The position numbers and the translations under genes were made by a program. A stretch of 64,000 nucleotides of DNA, from the NCBI GenBank assembly GCA_965223545.1, contig OZ245006.1, forward strand, positions 2,144,001 to 2,208,000, given 5' to 3'. The notes below the pieces were generated by a model that was not told the DNA's origin, made no database searches, and saw nothing but the letters and a program-made list of their open reading frames with translations. Shown here in pieces: positions 40,140 to 49,970 of the stretch. Every line of letters begins with the position of its first letter. The stretch's first letter is position 1. The stretch is from Planctomycetota bacterium. GTDB lineage: Bacteria > Planctomycetota > UBA1135 > UBA2386.

Positions 40140-41117
40140 ATGCTCGCCAAGACCGCGCTCTCCATCGCCGCCCTCGCGGCCCTCGTCCACAGCCAAACCG
40201 CACCGTGCGAGGCGCGCAACGATTCCAACACGAACGTCAGCACGAGTCTCACCGCCAGTCCGTTCGTCGGACTCAACCCGAGCTCGCGCGCGTACCAGTT
40301 CTCGCCGCAGTCCACCGTCACCGTCGAGAGCGCTGCCGTGTTCAGCGGCTCGCCGAACCGCGACGACTTCTATCGCCTCGAGATCTGGGACAACGACGCC
40401 GCCCAGAACGAGCCCGCCAACCGGTTGGCCGTGGGCACCGGCTTTTCGCCAATGTCGGCGACCGCCAGCTGGCTGGGCACGAACTTCGACGCCGCCGTCA
40501 CGCTCAACGCCGGCACCAACTACTGGTTCGTGATGATCGAGCCGGGCGCGTTCATCCTGCCGGAGGAGCCGGGGGGCACCCCCTTGCCGCGGCGCACCCG
40601 CGCCACGACCAACCCCTGGGGCTCACTCGGCAGCGGCGAGATCAAGTTCCGCTTGTTCTGCAATCTGCTCGACCGCCAAAACGTGGCCGCGTTCGGTCCG
40701 CCGACCACCAGCTCGGTCGGCCAGCTGCCGACCGTGTTCACCAACGACGACCCGGTCGCCGGCGCGAACGACTTCCGCCTGCAAGGCACCAACCTGAGGC
40801 CGGGGGCCACCGTTGTGCTGGTCATCGGCGTCAACCCGACCTGGCCGAGCGCGCCGCTCGGCAGTCTGTTCCCGCCCGGCGCCGCGCTCAACACCGACAT
40901 CGCCGCCAGCGTGTTCAGCGCGACCGGCGTCGCCGAGATCGGTGACCAGCCGACCACGCCGCGGCCCTCCCCGTTCGGCCACGTGGTGTTCAACATCCCG
41001 CTCGCCAACGTCGGCTCGGGGGCGTTCTTCTCTGCGCAGTTGTTCGGCCTGGACACCGGCTTCTCGGTGGCGATTCCGGTGATCGGCACCAACGCCCTGC
41101 GCGTCACGACTCTCTGA
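40140..41117 (+). CDS. Secreted hypothetical protein
   Basis: Signal peptide MLAKTALS..HSQ; strong codon bias. Confidence 0.78.
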   Translation: MLAKTALSIAALAALVHSQTAPCEARNDSNTNVSTSLTASPFVGLNPSSRAYQFSPQSTVTVESAAVFSGSPNRDDFYRLEIWDNDAAQNEPANRLAVGTGFSPMSATASWLGTNFDAAVTLNAGTNYWFVMIEPGAFILPEEPGGTPLPRRTRATTNPWGSLGSGEIKFRLFCNLLDRQNVAAFGPPTTSSVGQLPTVFTNDDPVAGANDFRLQGTNLRPGATVVLVIGVNPTWPSAPLGSLFPPGAALNTDIAASVFSATGVAEIGDQPTTPRPSPFGHVVFNIPLANVGSGAFFSAQLFGLDTGFSVAIPVIGTNALRVTTL

Positions 41118-41126
41118 GCGAGCGGC

Positions 41127-43004
41127 TCACGCCAGCCGCTGCAGCTGGCTGAGCCGAGAGTACAACCCACCCTCCTGCAACAACTGGTGGTGGGTGCCCT
41201 TCTCGACGATGCAGCCGTTCTGCATCACCAAGATCAGGTCGGCACTGCTGATCGTCGACAGGCGGTGCGCGATGACGAAAGAAGTTCGGCCGCGCATCAA
41301 GTTCTGTAACGCCGTCTGCACCGCCGCCTCGTGCTCGGCGTCGAGCGCCGACGTGGCCTCGTCGAGGATCAAGATCGCGGGATCCCGCAAGATCGCGCGC
41401 GCGATCGCCACGCGCTGGGTCTGACCGCCGCTGAGATTGCTGCCGCGTTCGCCCGCGACCGTGGCGTACCCCTGCGGCAGCGACGCGATGAAGTCGTGGA
41501 TCTGCGCCGCCCGCGCCGCCTCCTCGACCTCGTCTTGCGTCGCCGTCGGCCGGCCGTGCCGGATGTTCTCGGCCAGCGTCGTGTTGAAGAGGAACGGCTC
41601 CTGCGTGACGATCGCGATGTTGCGCCGGTAGCCCGCGACGTCGAGGGTCTGGATGTCCGTCCCGTCGACCGACACCCGGCCGCTGGTCGGCCGATAGAAC
41701 CGCGCCAGCACATCGAGCGCTGTGGTCTTGCCCGCCCCCGAGGGCCCGACCAACGCCACGGTCTGCCCCGCCTCCACCGCGAACGTGACGTCGGTCAGCA
41801 CCGGCTCGTGCCCGTACGAGAACCCGACGCCCTCGAACTTGACGTCACCCCGCACGCGGCCCACCGGTGCGCCCGGCTCCGGCGCGTCGGGCAACTCGCC
41901 GAGGATCGACTCGATGCGATCCATCGCGCCACTGGACTCCAGCAGGGTGTTGTACGCGCGCGCCAGGCGCTTGACGTGCGTGTAGGTCGTGCTGATCGCG
42001 ATCAGCGCAACCGACAGGTACTTGAGCGGGTAGTTCTCGCCGACCACCAGCCAGCCGGTGCCGAGCAGCATGACCGCGAAGCCGACCTGGTAGCCCGAGA
42101 ACACCATCGCCTGCGACAGCGCCTTGGCGTGCAGCAAGCGCCGCGTGCGGTGCAGGTAGCGCGCGTTGCTGTCGGCAAACTCGGCGTGGCGCTCCTCTTC
42201 GAGTTGGAATGCCTTGACGGTCTTGATGCCCGACAGCATCTGATTCATCGCCTCGGTGGCATCCCCCATCGCCGCCAGGCTCTTGCGCGAGTTCTTGTGC
42301 ACCTGCTTGCCGAGGCGGACCAGCGGCAGCGCCATCACCGGCACCAAGAAGACCAGCAACCAGACCGCCTCCGGCACCGCCCAGATGATCACCAGCACGT
42401 TGCCCAGGATCAGCAATGGATCCATGACCACGTGGTCGGCAGCCAGCTGGAACGCGCGCGTCAACACCGTCGTGTCCGTGGTCACGTTGGAGATCAGCTC
42501 GCCCATCCGGCGCCGGCCGAAGAACCCCAGCGGCAGCCGCAGCAAGTGGGCGGCGATGTCGTTGCGCAAGTCGACGACGATCTTCGCCGCGAAGTAGCGA
42601 GTCAGCAGCAGCGTGGCATACATCGACACCGCGCCGATCACGCCGAGCACGATGGCGATCACCGCGCATGCCAGACACAGACGCATCGGCCGCATCGCAT
42701 TCCCTTCGAGGATGCCGAGCGCGGCACTGAGGTCGCGGGCCACGCCGTCGAACCACTGCATGAAGCGGTCCTGGTTCTCGGCAACGACACCCGCTGCCGG
42801 CTCCGCGGCAGGCGCCAAGGCCTCGAGCAGCGGACCGACCAGTACGAACGAGCCCTTCGCGCAAAACGCCTGCACCACACCGGCGAGGACGATCGCGGCC
42901 ACCAGACCGCGGTTGGCCAGCACCGCCTGCCAGATGCGACTCAGCAGGAGGCGCAGACCGCGCTCGGAGCGCGGCGGCAGTTGGGCAGCACCGGAAGTGG
43001 TCAC
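41127..43004 (-). CDS. ABC exporter, fused permease/ATPase (MsbA-like)
   Basis: TM domain, GPSGAGKT, LSGGQ, ILDEATSALD, IAHRLST. Confidence 0.93.
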   Translation of the reverse strand: MTTSGAAQLPPRSERGLRLLLSRIWQAVLANRGLVAAIVLAGVVQAFCAKGSFVLVGPLLEALAPAAEPAAGVVAENQDRFMQWFDGVARDLSAALGILEGNAMRPMRLCLACAVIAIVLGVIGAVSMYATLLLTRYFAAKIVVDLRNDIAAHLLRLPLGFFGRRRMGELISNVTTDTTVLTRAFQLAADHVVMDPLLILGNVLVIIWAVPEAVWLLVFLVPVMALPLVRLGKQVHKNSRKSLAAMGDATEAMNQMLSGIKTVKAFQLEEERHAEFADSNARYLHRTRRLLHAKALSQAMVFSGYQVGFAVMLLGTGWLVVGENYPLKYLSVALIAISTTYTHVKRLARAYNTLLESSGAMDRIESILGELPDAPEPGAPVGRVRGDVKFEGVGFSYGHEPVLTDVTFAVEAGQTVALVGPSGAGKTTALDVLARFYRPTSGRVSVDGTDIQTLDVAGYRRNIAIVTQEPFLFNTTLAENIRHGRPTATQDEVEEAARAAQIHDFIASLPQGYATVAGERGSNLSGGQTQRVAIARAILRDPAILILDEATSALDAEHEAAVQTALQNLMRGRTSFVIAHRLSTISSADLILVMQNGCIVEKGTHHQLLQEGGLYSRLSQLQRLA

Positions 43005-43129
43005 GGCGCCGCGGATTCTAGTGGCGTGCTGCCCGGAAAGTCCGGCCGATTTGTCGACCGCCCAGCCCTCCGCAGCCGAGCACCACCGCGCGCGGGACTC
43101 GGTCCCGTCGGCGCTGGGCCGTCAGCGGC

Positions 43130-44725
43130 TCATTCGATGACGGTTTCGGCCAACACTTGGTTGGCCCACTCCTGGAACCGGTGCGTGACGAAGTCCTGCC
43201 GCACCAGCTCGCGCGTGCGCGCCTCTTCGATCGACGCCGTCGAGCGCGCCGGCGAGCGCGAGTTGACGCGGGCGACGTAATAGCCGCTGGGGCCGCGCAG
43301 CGGACCGACGATGGTGCCGGGCTCGGCGTCGTAGAACAGGTGGTTGCCGATCGAGTAGCCGAACAACAGATCGGTGAACTCGTTCTCGTGCAGCTGCTGA
43401 CGCAGCTGGTTGAGCGACTTCGAGCCCAGGCGGCCCTTGCTCTCGTCGTTCGCGTAGTACTCGCCACGCTGCTTCATCAGATCGTCGAACGACGCGCCGC
43501 CCTCGATCTCGGCGAACGCCGCTTCCGCGCGCTGCTTCGCGCCCGCGAAGCCGTCCGGCACCCAGCCGCCGGTCTTGACATCCCGCGCCATGAACTGGAT
43601 GAGGTCGACGTTGACCTGACCGTCGGAGAAGAACCGGTTGAAGCGCTCGGCGTGCGCCGCGAGGCTCTCGTCGTTCATGTCGTCGGCGATCATCTTCTCG
43701 AACGAACGGATCAGCCGCCAGCGCTGCCGGTAGGCCTCGAGGCTGGGGTATCCCTTGAACGCCGTGGCGATCACCTCGGTGGTGAACGGGGTCTCGTCGT
43801 ACTCCTTGCGGTACTCGGCGAACTCGTCGCGGAACTCTTCGTCGCTCAGGTATGCGCCTTCGGACTGCAAGCGCTGCTTCAGCGCCTCGCGCACCACGAC
43901 CTCGGTCATCGCGCGCTCGATGTCCTGCAGGAACACTCCGGGCCGCACCAACTCGAAGGCCTGGTCCGTGCGCCACTCGCGGCCGTTGACGCTGAGTACC
44001 AGCTCGGGCGGCAGCCCGTCCGCCGGATAGCGGATGTCGCTCCACTTCTTCAGCTGGTTCTGCACCCAACCGCGGCACAGCTGCATCCAGAACGGCGGCA
44101 GTGGTCTCGGGTTGCCCTCTTCGTCCACCGAGCTCTTGACGATGTTCTCCCAGAACTGGGGGCCGTTGTCGCCCTGGGCGGCGGACATGATCGCTTCCTT
44201 GGTGATCGTCGGCCACTCACTGGCCGGCCCAGGGAAGAACACGCGGTTGAACAGCTCGGTCTGCCGCCGCTGCTGCATGTACCCGTCTTTGCTGAGGCCG
44301 GTCAGCGAGCGCACCGCCTCCCAGAACTCGACGCCGGGATTCTGCGCGAGGAACTCGGCCACGCTGGCCTGCAGCTCCTTCATCACCTGCTCTTCGGAGA
44401 TCTCGAACTCGGCCGGGTCGCGCCCTTCTTCGATGGCGCGCTCCTTCCACTCCTCGACGAAGAAGTCCGCGATCTTGGCGTCGACGATCTTGGCGCCGAC
44501 CAAGAAGATCGCCTCCCGGCGCACGGTCTCGGGCGGCAGGGTCACGCCGTTGACGGTCACCGACGACAGGCCGGAGGCACGGGCGATCGACAGCTCCTGC
44601 TCGAGCTCCTGCACACTGTCCCGCAGCGCGGCCTCGACTTCGGGCGAAGGCTCGGACTGAGCCGCGGAGACCGGCGCGAGGCCGACAACGGCGAGAACCG
44701 CCGTGGACACATAGCGTTGGATCAT
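43130..44725 (-). CDS. Exported parvulin-type (SurA/PrsA-like) peptidyl-prolyl isomerase/foldase
   Basis: Signal peptide; C-terminal GASFDDL..KGRLG..VGPLRGPSGYYV rotamase-like segment. Confidence 0.7.
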   Translation of the reverse strand: MIQRYVSTAVLAVVGLAPVSAAQSEPSPEVEAALRDSVQELEQELSIARASGLSSVTVNGVTLPPETVRREAIFLVGAKIVDAKIADFFVEEWKERAIEEGRDPAEFEISEEQVMKELQASVAEFLAQNPGVEFWEAVRSLTGLSKDGYMQQRRQTELFNRVFFPGPASEWPTITKEAIMSAAQGDNGPQFWENIVKSSVDEEGNPRPLPPFWMQLCRGWVQNQLKKWSDIRYPADGLPPELVLSVNGREWRTDQAFELVRPGVFLQDIERAMTEVVVREALKQRLQSEGAYLSDEEFRDEFAEYRKEYDETPFTTEVIATAFKGYPSLEAYRQRWRLIRSFEKMIADDMNDESLAAHAERFNRFFSDGQVNVDLIQFMARDVKTGGWVPDGFAGAKQRAEAAFAEIEGGASFDDLMKQRGEYYANDESKGRLGSKSLNQLRQQLHENEFTDLLFGYSIGNHLFYDAEPGTIVGPLRGPSGYYVARVNSRSPARSTASIEEARTRELVRQDFVTHRFQEWANQVLAETVIE

Positions 44726-44917
44726 GATCAGGGTCGAGCTGGCTGAGGGGAGGGCGTCGCGCCCGTTGGCACCCGAGAAGCAGCCGAGCAGCTTACCCAC
44801 CAGGCCTCGGCTCGCGGCCAATCTGCTCGGATTCCCACAACGGCACCGGCGCCGAGATTCCTCCCGGAAATCCCGCCCCAGTGTTACCGTCTGGCGCCCG
44901 TTCGGCCAACCTCCCCA

Positions 44918-45601
44918 ATGAGCTACGACCCCCGCACCATCGCCTTCATGGCCGAGGTCCTGTTCCCGCCGATCGAACTCAAGGCGCCTGCCGTGCAGGA
45001 GATCCACAACGCCCTGTTCAAGCAACCGGAGATCAGCTACCAGAACTTCCAGATCGGGCCCGACGGGATCCACCTGACCAACACGGCACAGACCCCCGGC
45101 GCGGTCTCGGCCGCCTCGTTCGCCCCCGACCGCTTGGTGATCCGCGAGGAGCTCCGCGCGACCACGGTCGAGGACTTCGCCACGCGATTGGTCAACGTCG
45201 GCAGCATCGCGTTCCGCACCCTCGGCGTGCAGGCCAGCGTCGCCCAGCAGTTCGTGGTACGCTCCCTGATCAGCCCCCGGCACACCGAGAACAGCACCGA
45301 GTTCATCGTCGGCCGGATGATCGGCGCCCCGGACGAAGCCTGGGCGCAGTTCGGACGGCCGATGCAGCGGGCCGGACTGTCGTTCACCTTCCCCCAGACC
45401 GGGGAGCATCCCCAGGTCTACAACATCCGCATCGAGACTTGGACGCAGGACCCGCGCTCGCTCTGGATCGAAAACGTCGGCAGCTTCACCGGGCAAGTCG
45501 CCGCCGAACGGCTGCCGGACCTCAGCAACTTGATGTTCTCGACCTACAAGTTCGCCACCAGCCAGGCGATGGCGTTCATCGGGCACTTCGACCGACCGTG
45601 A
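44918..45601 (+). CDS. Hypothetical cytoplasmic protein
   Basis: Strong codon bias; first gene of an overlapping 4-gene operon. Confidence 0.75.
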   Translation: MSYDPRTIAFMAEVLFPPIELKAPAVQEIHNALFKQPEISYQNFQIGPDGIHLTNTAQTPGAVSAASFAPDRLVIREELRATTVEDFATRLVNVGSIAFRTLGVQASVAQQFVVRSLISPRHTENSTEFIVGRMIGAPDEAWAQFGRPMQRAGLSFTFPQTGEHPQVYNIRIETWTQDPRSLWIENVGSFTGQVAAERLPDLSNLMFSTYKFATSQAMAFIGHFDRP

Positions 45602-46293
45602 CGCGGCTGCAGCTGGCGGCGTGCTGCGCTGCGCTATCGATGCTCGCTGCGGGCTGCGGCGACAGCGACACGCCAGCGGGTGATGCCCCACCCGGCGTGG
45701 TGCTCGAGCTCGACGGTATCCAAGTCACCGAGGCCGAGATCTCCGAATACGTCGACTACATCCTCTCGGTCGACAAGCGCACCGGCAAACGCGAGATGGT
45801 GCGCGCGATTCTCGACCAGCACATTCTGCCGGTGCGGCTGGCGCAGCGGGCGTTTGCCGAGCAGCGCCAAGCGCTGCGCGCGCAGTGCGAAGCGCTCGCC
45901 CACGCCGTCGGCAACGGTGGCTATCCCGCGCTGCTGCGCAAGGGAGGACCGTTGGTCGGCAATCAGGACAACCTGGTGCTGTCCCGCTACGAGCTGCCGC
46001 TCGCGATCCAGCGCTACGCATTCGACGAGACCCGGATCGGCCTCCTCAGTCCGGTGATCGAGACGCCGCAGGGTTTCTCGTTGGTTTCGGTGTTCAACAT
46101 CGAGCGCGGCATGGCGCGCCCGGCCGACCGCGTGGAGTTCTTCCAGGTGCCGTTCTACGTGCTCGGCCCAACCGAGTTCGACGCGTGGCTGCGACAGCAC
46201 CAGGTGGAGGTTGCCGCCAAGCTGACCTACGTGCATCCTGACTACGCCGAGGCGCTGCCCCCATGGCTGCAGGGAAAGACGAGCTCTCCATGA
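45598..46293 (+). CDS. Lipoprotein with rotamase-like segment
   Basis: LAAGC lipobox; LSPVIETPQGFSLV; GTGA overlap. Confidence 0.7.
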   Translation: MTRLQLAACCAALSMLAAGCGDSDTPAGDAPPGVVLELDGIQVTEAEISEYVDYILSVDKRTGKREMVRAILDQHILPVRLAQRAFAEQRQALRAQCEALAHAVGNGGYPALLRKGGPLVGNQDNLVLSRYELPLAIQRYAFDETRIGLLSPVIETPQGFSLVSVFNIERGMARPADRVEFFQVPFYVLGPTEFDAWLRQHQVEVAAKLTYVHPDYAEALPPWLQGKTSSP

Positions 46294-47126
46294 TCCACCG
46301 ATGCCTCATCGCCGCTGCGCTGGCGGTCCTCGCCATCCGTGGCCCGAGCCAGGATGCCGCACCCGAGCCCCCGGCGTGGCCGGAGCTCTCGCGCCGCGAG
46401 CAGACCCAGGTCAAGCAGACGTGCGACCAGCTGCGCAAGACCGGCAAGGCCGAGCGCATCGCCGACCTCGAGCAGCGGCTGCAGCAGTTCGGCGCGGGCG
46501 CGGCGCCGCTGCTGATCGACCGGCTCAGCGACATGCGCAAGAACATCAACGCGCCGTTGCAACGCGTCTTGGAGCACCTGGTCACCGACGCCGACGCACC
46601 GCTGCTCGCGCGCCGCGCCCAGGACGACCGGCTGGCGATCCGGCGCTACGTCGTCGGCAGGCTCGAGCGCACTGGCAACCGCGACATGCTGCCGGTGTTC
46701 CGGCATGCGCTGGGCGATGACGACGACGAGGTGCGCCTCGCGGCCGTGCTCGGCATCACGCGCTGTGGCGACACCGCGGCGCTGCCGCAGCTGCTGGAGC
46801 ACTGCATCGCCGATTGGCACGCCGTGCGCGCGCGCGCCGAGCCCGCGCTGGCAGGAGTCAAGGGCCGGGCGGCCGCCGAGTGGCTCGCCACACCGTTGAG
46901 CGACGACAGTGAGCCGCGCAAGGTGGCCGCACTGCGCATGCTGCGCGTGGCCGGCGACCGGCAGTCCACCGCGCTGATCGCCCCCCTCCTCGATTCGGAG
47001 AACCACAACCTGAAGCGCGCGGCGATCAACGCGCTGCGGGGCATCGTCGATGGCGACCCGCCACTCGACAAGCTCTCGGTGTTTCAGGCGATCGAGATGG
47101 CGAAGACGTGGAAGGCGCGGTTGTGA
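46290..47126 (+). CDS. Exported HEAT-repeat protein
   Basis: Signal peptide; ALGDDDDEVRLAAV, LLDSENHNLKRAAINAL; ATGA overlap. Confidence 0.8.
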   Translation: MIHRCLIAAALAVLAIRGPSQDAAPEPPAWPELSRREQTQVKQTCDQLRKTGKAERIADLEQRLQQFGAGAAPLLIDRLSDMRKNINAPLQRVLEHLVTDADAPLLARRAQDDRLAIRRYVVGRLERTGNRDMLPVFRHALGDDDDEVRLAAVLGITRCGDTAALPQLLEHCIADWHAVRARAEPALAGVKGRAAAEWLATPLSDDSEPRKVAALRMLRVAGDRQSTALIAPLLDSENHNLKRAAINALRGIVDGDPPLDKLSVFQAIEMAKTWKARL

Positions 47127-48382
47127 TCCGGGCCGGCAGCACGTTTGCGCGGCGGCAGATGCCCGCCGTCGCAGCCGCGCTCGCCCTGGCGGCGGGCGGC
47201 TGGGCGCAGGTCAAAGAGCGACTGCCGCGCTGGCAACTCGATCCGTACACGGACAACGAGCCCGAACGCATGGCGCGGGCGGGCTACGTCTCCTACGGCC
47301 CGTTCGAGTTCGGCCAGCGTGGCACCGCGATCGCCACGACCGAGGACATCGAGGCCACCGTGCCCTATGCGCAGATCCTGTGGGTCGAGACCGCGCATTT
47401 TCGCATTGGACTCAGCTTGCGCACGTGGCCCTTGCCACAGGAGGCAAAGACCAAGAAGAAGATCCGCGCCGAGCTGACCGAGCTGCAAAAGGTGCTGCCG
47501 AAGATCAACCCGAAGACGCGCAGACTCGACCCGTGGCTGCGCCTGCACCTCACCGCCTATCGGTTGGAGAAGCTGTATCGCGAGTTCTTGGAGCTGATCG
47601 GCGTCGAGGAGAGCGAGTTTCCGACCAGCATGGACAAGGTCGTCGTCGGCCAGGGCCGCTACCTGGGCTACGGGCCGTATCTCGGCATGCGGCAGAAGTA
47701 TCTCGTCTTCGTGACCACCGAAGGCGGCACCTATCTCGACTACCAAACGGCCTTCATCGGCAAGACTTCGGCGTTCGGCCAACGCTGGCACTTCAAGGAC
47801 ATCGGCGGACTGTTCTACGGCGTGGCGACGAAGTTCGACGACAACGCGCTGAAGCACGACACAGCGCTGCACTGCGACCTGACGTTCAACGTCAGCCACC
47901 TGCTGTTGGCCGGCTTCCGCTACTACGCCTACGACCTACCAGTGTGGATCTCGGAGGGGATTGCCCACTGGTTCGAGCGACGCGTCGATCCGCGCTGGAA
48001 CACGTTCACCCTCAGCGAGGGCGGCGGTCTGCAACGCCGCAAGGAGTGGCAGTGGGAGGCGGAGACGCGCAAGCTGCTCGCCGCCGGCAAAGTGACGCCG
48101 TTTTCCGAGGTCTACACGTGGCGCAACTTCAGCGCGATCTCGTTCAACGACCACGTGCTGCTGTGGTCGCGCTGGGACTACTTGATGTCACGCGGCGTGC
48201 CCGACTTCCAGAGCTTCCTGTTCGAGGTCAAGGGCCGCGTCCGCCCGGACACCTGGTTGGCGGACCAAGACGATTTGGTTGGCGCCACGCGCCAAGCACT
48301 GCAGAAGGTCTACGGCCTCTCGCCCATCAACTTCGATGAGCACTGGCGCGAGTGGGTGCTGGCCAACTACGCGGTCAAGTGA
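47123..48382 (+). CDS. Exported hypothetical protein with gluzincin-like motif
   Basis: LPVWISEGIAHWFE preceded by FNVSH in place of HExxH; GTGA overlap. Confidence 0.65.
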   Translation: MIRAGSTFARRQMPAVAAALALAAGGWAQVKERLPRWQLDPYTDNEPERMARAGYVSYGPFEFGQRGTAIATTEDIEATVPYAQILWVETAHFRIGLSLRTWPLPQEAKTKKKIRAELTELQKVLPKINPKTRRLDPWLRLHLTAYRLEKLYREFLELIGVEESEFPTSMDKVVVGQGRYLGYGPYLGMRQKYLVFVTTEGGTYLDYQTAFIGKTSAFGQRWHFKDIGGLFYGVATKFDDNALKHDTALHCDLTFNVSHLLLAGFRYYAYDLPVWISEGIAHWFERRVDPRWNTFTLSEGGGLQRRKEWQWEAETRKLLAAGKVTPFSEVYTWRNFSAISFNDHVLLWSRWDYLMSRGVPDFQSFLFEVKGRVRPDTWLADQDDLVGATRQALQKVYGLSPINFDEHWREWVLANYAVK

Positions 48383-48395
48383 GCGCGGCCGGCGA

Positions 48396-49175
48396 TCAGC
48401 CGGCTTGCACGGAGACCGGCAACAGTCGGGCCAGCGCGCGCGTCAGCTCTTTCTGCAAGTGGTGCAGGGCGCGCGGCCGACCGGCCAACGCGCGCCACAG
48501 CCGGCGCGCCAGTCGTCGGTCACCATCGGCATAGGCGAGCAGCAGCCGCATTCGCTCCGCCCGGGTGCACGATGACCGGCGGCGCGCCGAGAACGCCATG
48601 TCGTACACGTCCACCTGCGCCAAGCGGCCACCGACGATCGAGCCGCGGCAGGCCAGCAGCACGGGCTGGTCGCACAGCCGCAACGCGCCGTTGGCGACCT
48701 CGCCCTCGACCAGCACGTTGCGCGGTTGCAACGTCGTGCTGGCCATCCCACCGCGGTGCAGCGCGCCGACGATGCTGCCGTAGCACTGCAGCAAGCGGCG
48801 CCGGCACTTGGACCGCGTGTCACCGCCCACGGCCAGCGCGCCGAGCGCGCGCTCCAGACTCGGCGCTTCGCCGAGATACTCGGTCACCAAGTAGGAGACC
48901 GCCACGCAGCCCCAGCGCCGGTGTTCGCCCCATGCGATCGGCCGGACGCAGGGCACGCCGGCCGCCCGGATCCGAGCGAGATTGGCGAACTCGCGACCGC
49001 CGCGTGAGCGCACGCCAAAGCTACGCCATCGCAGCCACCGGGGCGTGCGGTACCACTTGCGCACCACGCGTCCGTCCGGGCTGTCGATCTGCTCGACCCG
49101 CGAATCGGGGTCCTCTTGCAGCACGCGTAGAGCGAACGGCTCGCGCAACTCGAACGGTGCGGGCAAGGGACTCAT
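48396..49175 (-). CDS. Kdo/WaaP-type lipopolysaccharide kinase family protein
   Basis: VVRKWY, SRGGREFANL, YLVTEYL, LHRGG..LQPRNVL; catalytic Asp positions look altered. Confidence 0.72.
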   Translation of the reverse strand: MSPLPAPFELREPFALRVLQEDPDSRVEQIDSPDGRVVRKWYRTPRWLRWRSFGVRSRGGREFANLARIRAAGVPCVRPIAWGEHRRWGCVAVSYLVTEYLGEAPSLERALGALAVGGDTRSKCRRRLLQCYGSIVGALHRGGMASTTLQPRNVLVEGEVANGALRLCDQPVLLACRGSIVGGRLAQVDVYDMAFSARRRSSCTRAERMRLLLAYADGDRRLARRLWRALAGRPRALHHLQKELTRALARLLPVSVQAG

Positions 49176-49882
49176 GGCTGCCAGAGGACCGACCGGTAGA
49201 TCGGCAGGAGGGCGAGGAGCGAGGTCACGATCCACTGCGGCGCGTCGAGACCGAGCTCGACCGCGTCCTCTTTCGGCAGCTCTCGCACCAAGTGGAGCCA
49301 ATGCTCACCGGGTGTGTACGAACCGACGTACTCGGCCAAGTCGTGCGGCTTCACCGACGACGCCCAGTACACCTTGCGCCAGTCGTGCAGCTTGAGCCCG
49401 AACCCGGGTGGCAGCGCGTTGAGCATCGCGCACCACTCGTGGCGGCCCGCATCGTCGGCGAGCCGCTTCTTCAAGTGCTCGCCATCCCACCACGCCAGCG
49501 GGTGGATGCGGAACGCCGCCTCCACGACCTGGTCGTCCAGCGAGACCTCGAGCACCGGCTGGATGTAGTGGGTCTCGGCATCCTTGCCCAGCGCCTCGCC
49601 GAAGAACGCCGCCAACTTCTTTCGTTCGGCGGGATTGCGGCAGAGGTAGGCGCGTTGCTCGCGAACGCGAAAGCTGTTGAATACGTACGGGTGGTGGAGG
49701 CCCGCCTGGCTCGAGAGCTCGACCTTGGCCTCGGTCTTGGCCCTCTTCTTGACGGCGTCGGCGATCTTCTTCAGCTTGCGACGCACCGACAGACGCAGCG
49801 CGTTGTACTCCGGGTCCCTCTGCCGGTGTTTCTCGTAGGCGAGGAAGTCGCGCACGAGAAACGGCTCGAGGTCGGCTGCCAT
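49172..49882 (-). CDS. Hypothetical protein
   Basis: Good codon bias; ATGA overlap with the kinase gene. Confidence 0.7.
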   Translation of the reverse strand: MAADLEPFLVRDFLAYEKHRQRDPEYNALRLSVRRKLKKIADAVKKRAKTEAKVELSSQAGLHHPYVFNSFRVREQRAYLCRNPAERKKLAAFFGEALGKDAETHYIQPVLEVSLDDQVVEAAFRIHPLAWWDGEHLKKRLADDAGRHEWCAMLNALPPGFGLKLHDWRKVYWASSVKPHDLAEYVGSYTPGEHWLHLVRELPKEDAVELGLDAPQWIVTSLLALLPIYRSVLWQP

Positions 49883-49970
49883 GCGCGAACGATACCGCGG
49901 CGCACGCCGCACGCCAGCAAACGCCGAAACCATCTCGGGACGCGTGCGGCCTGCCGTTATCATCGCTTGC

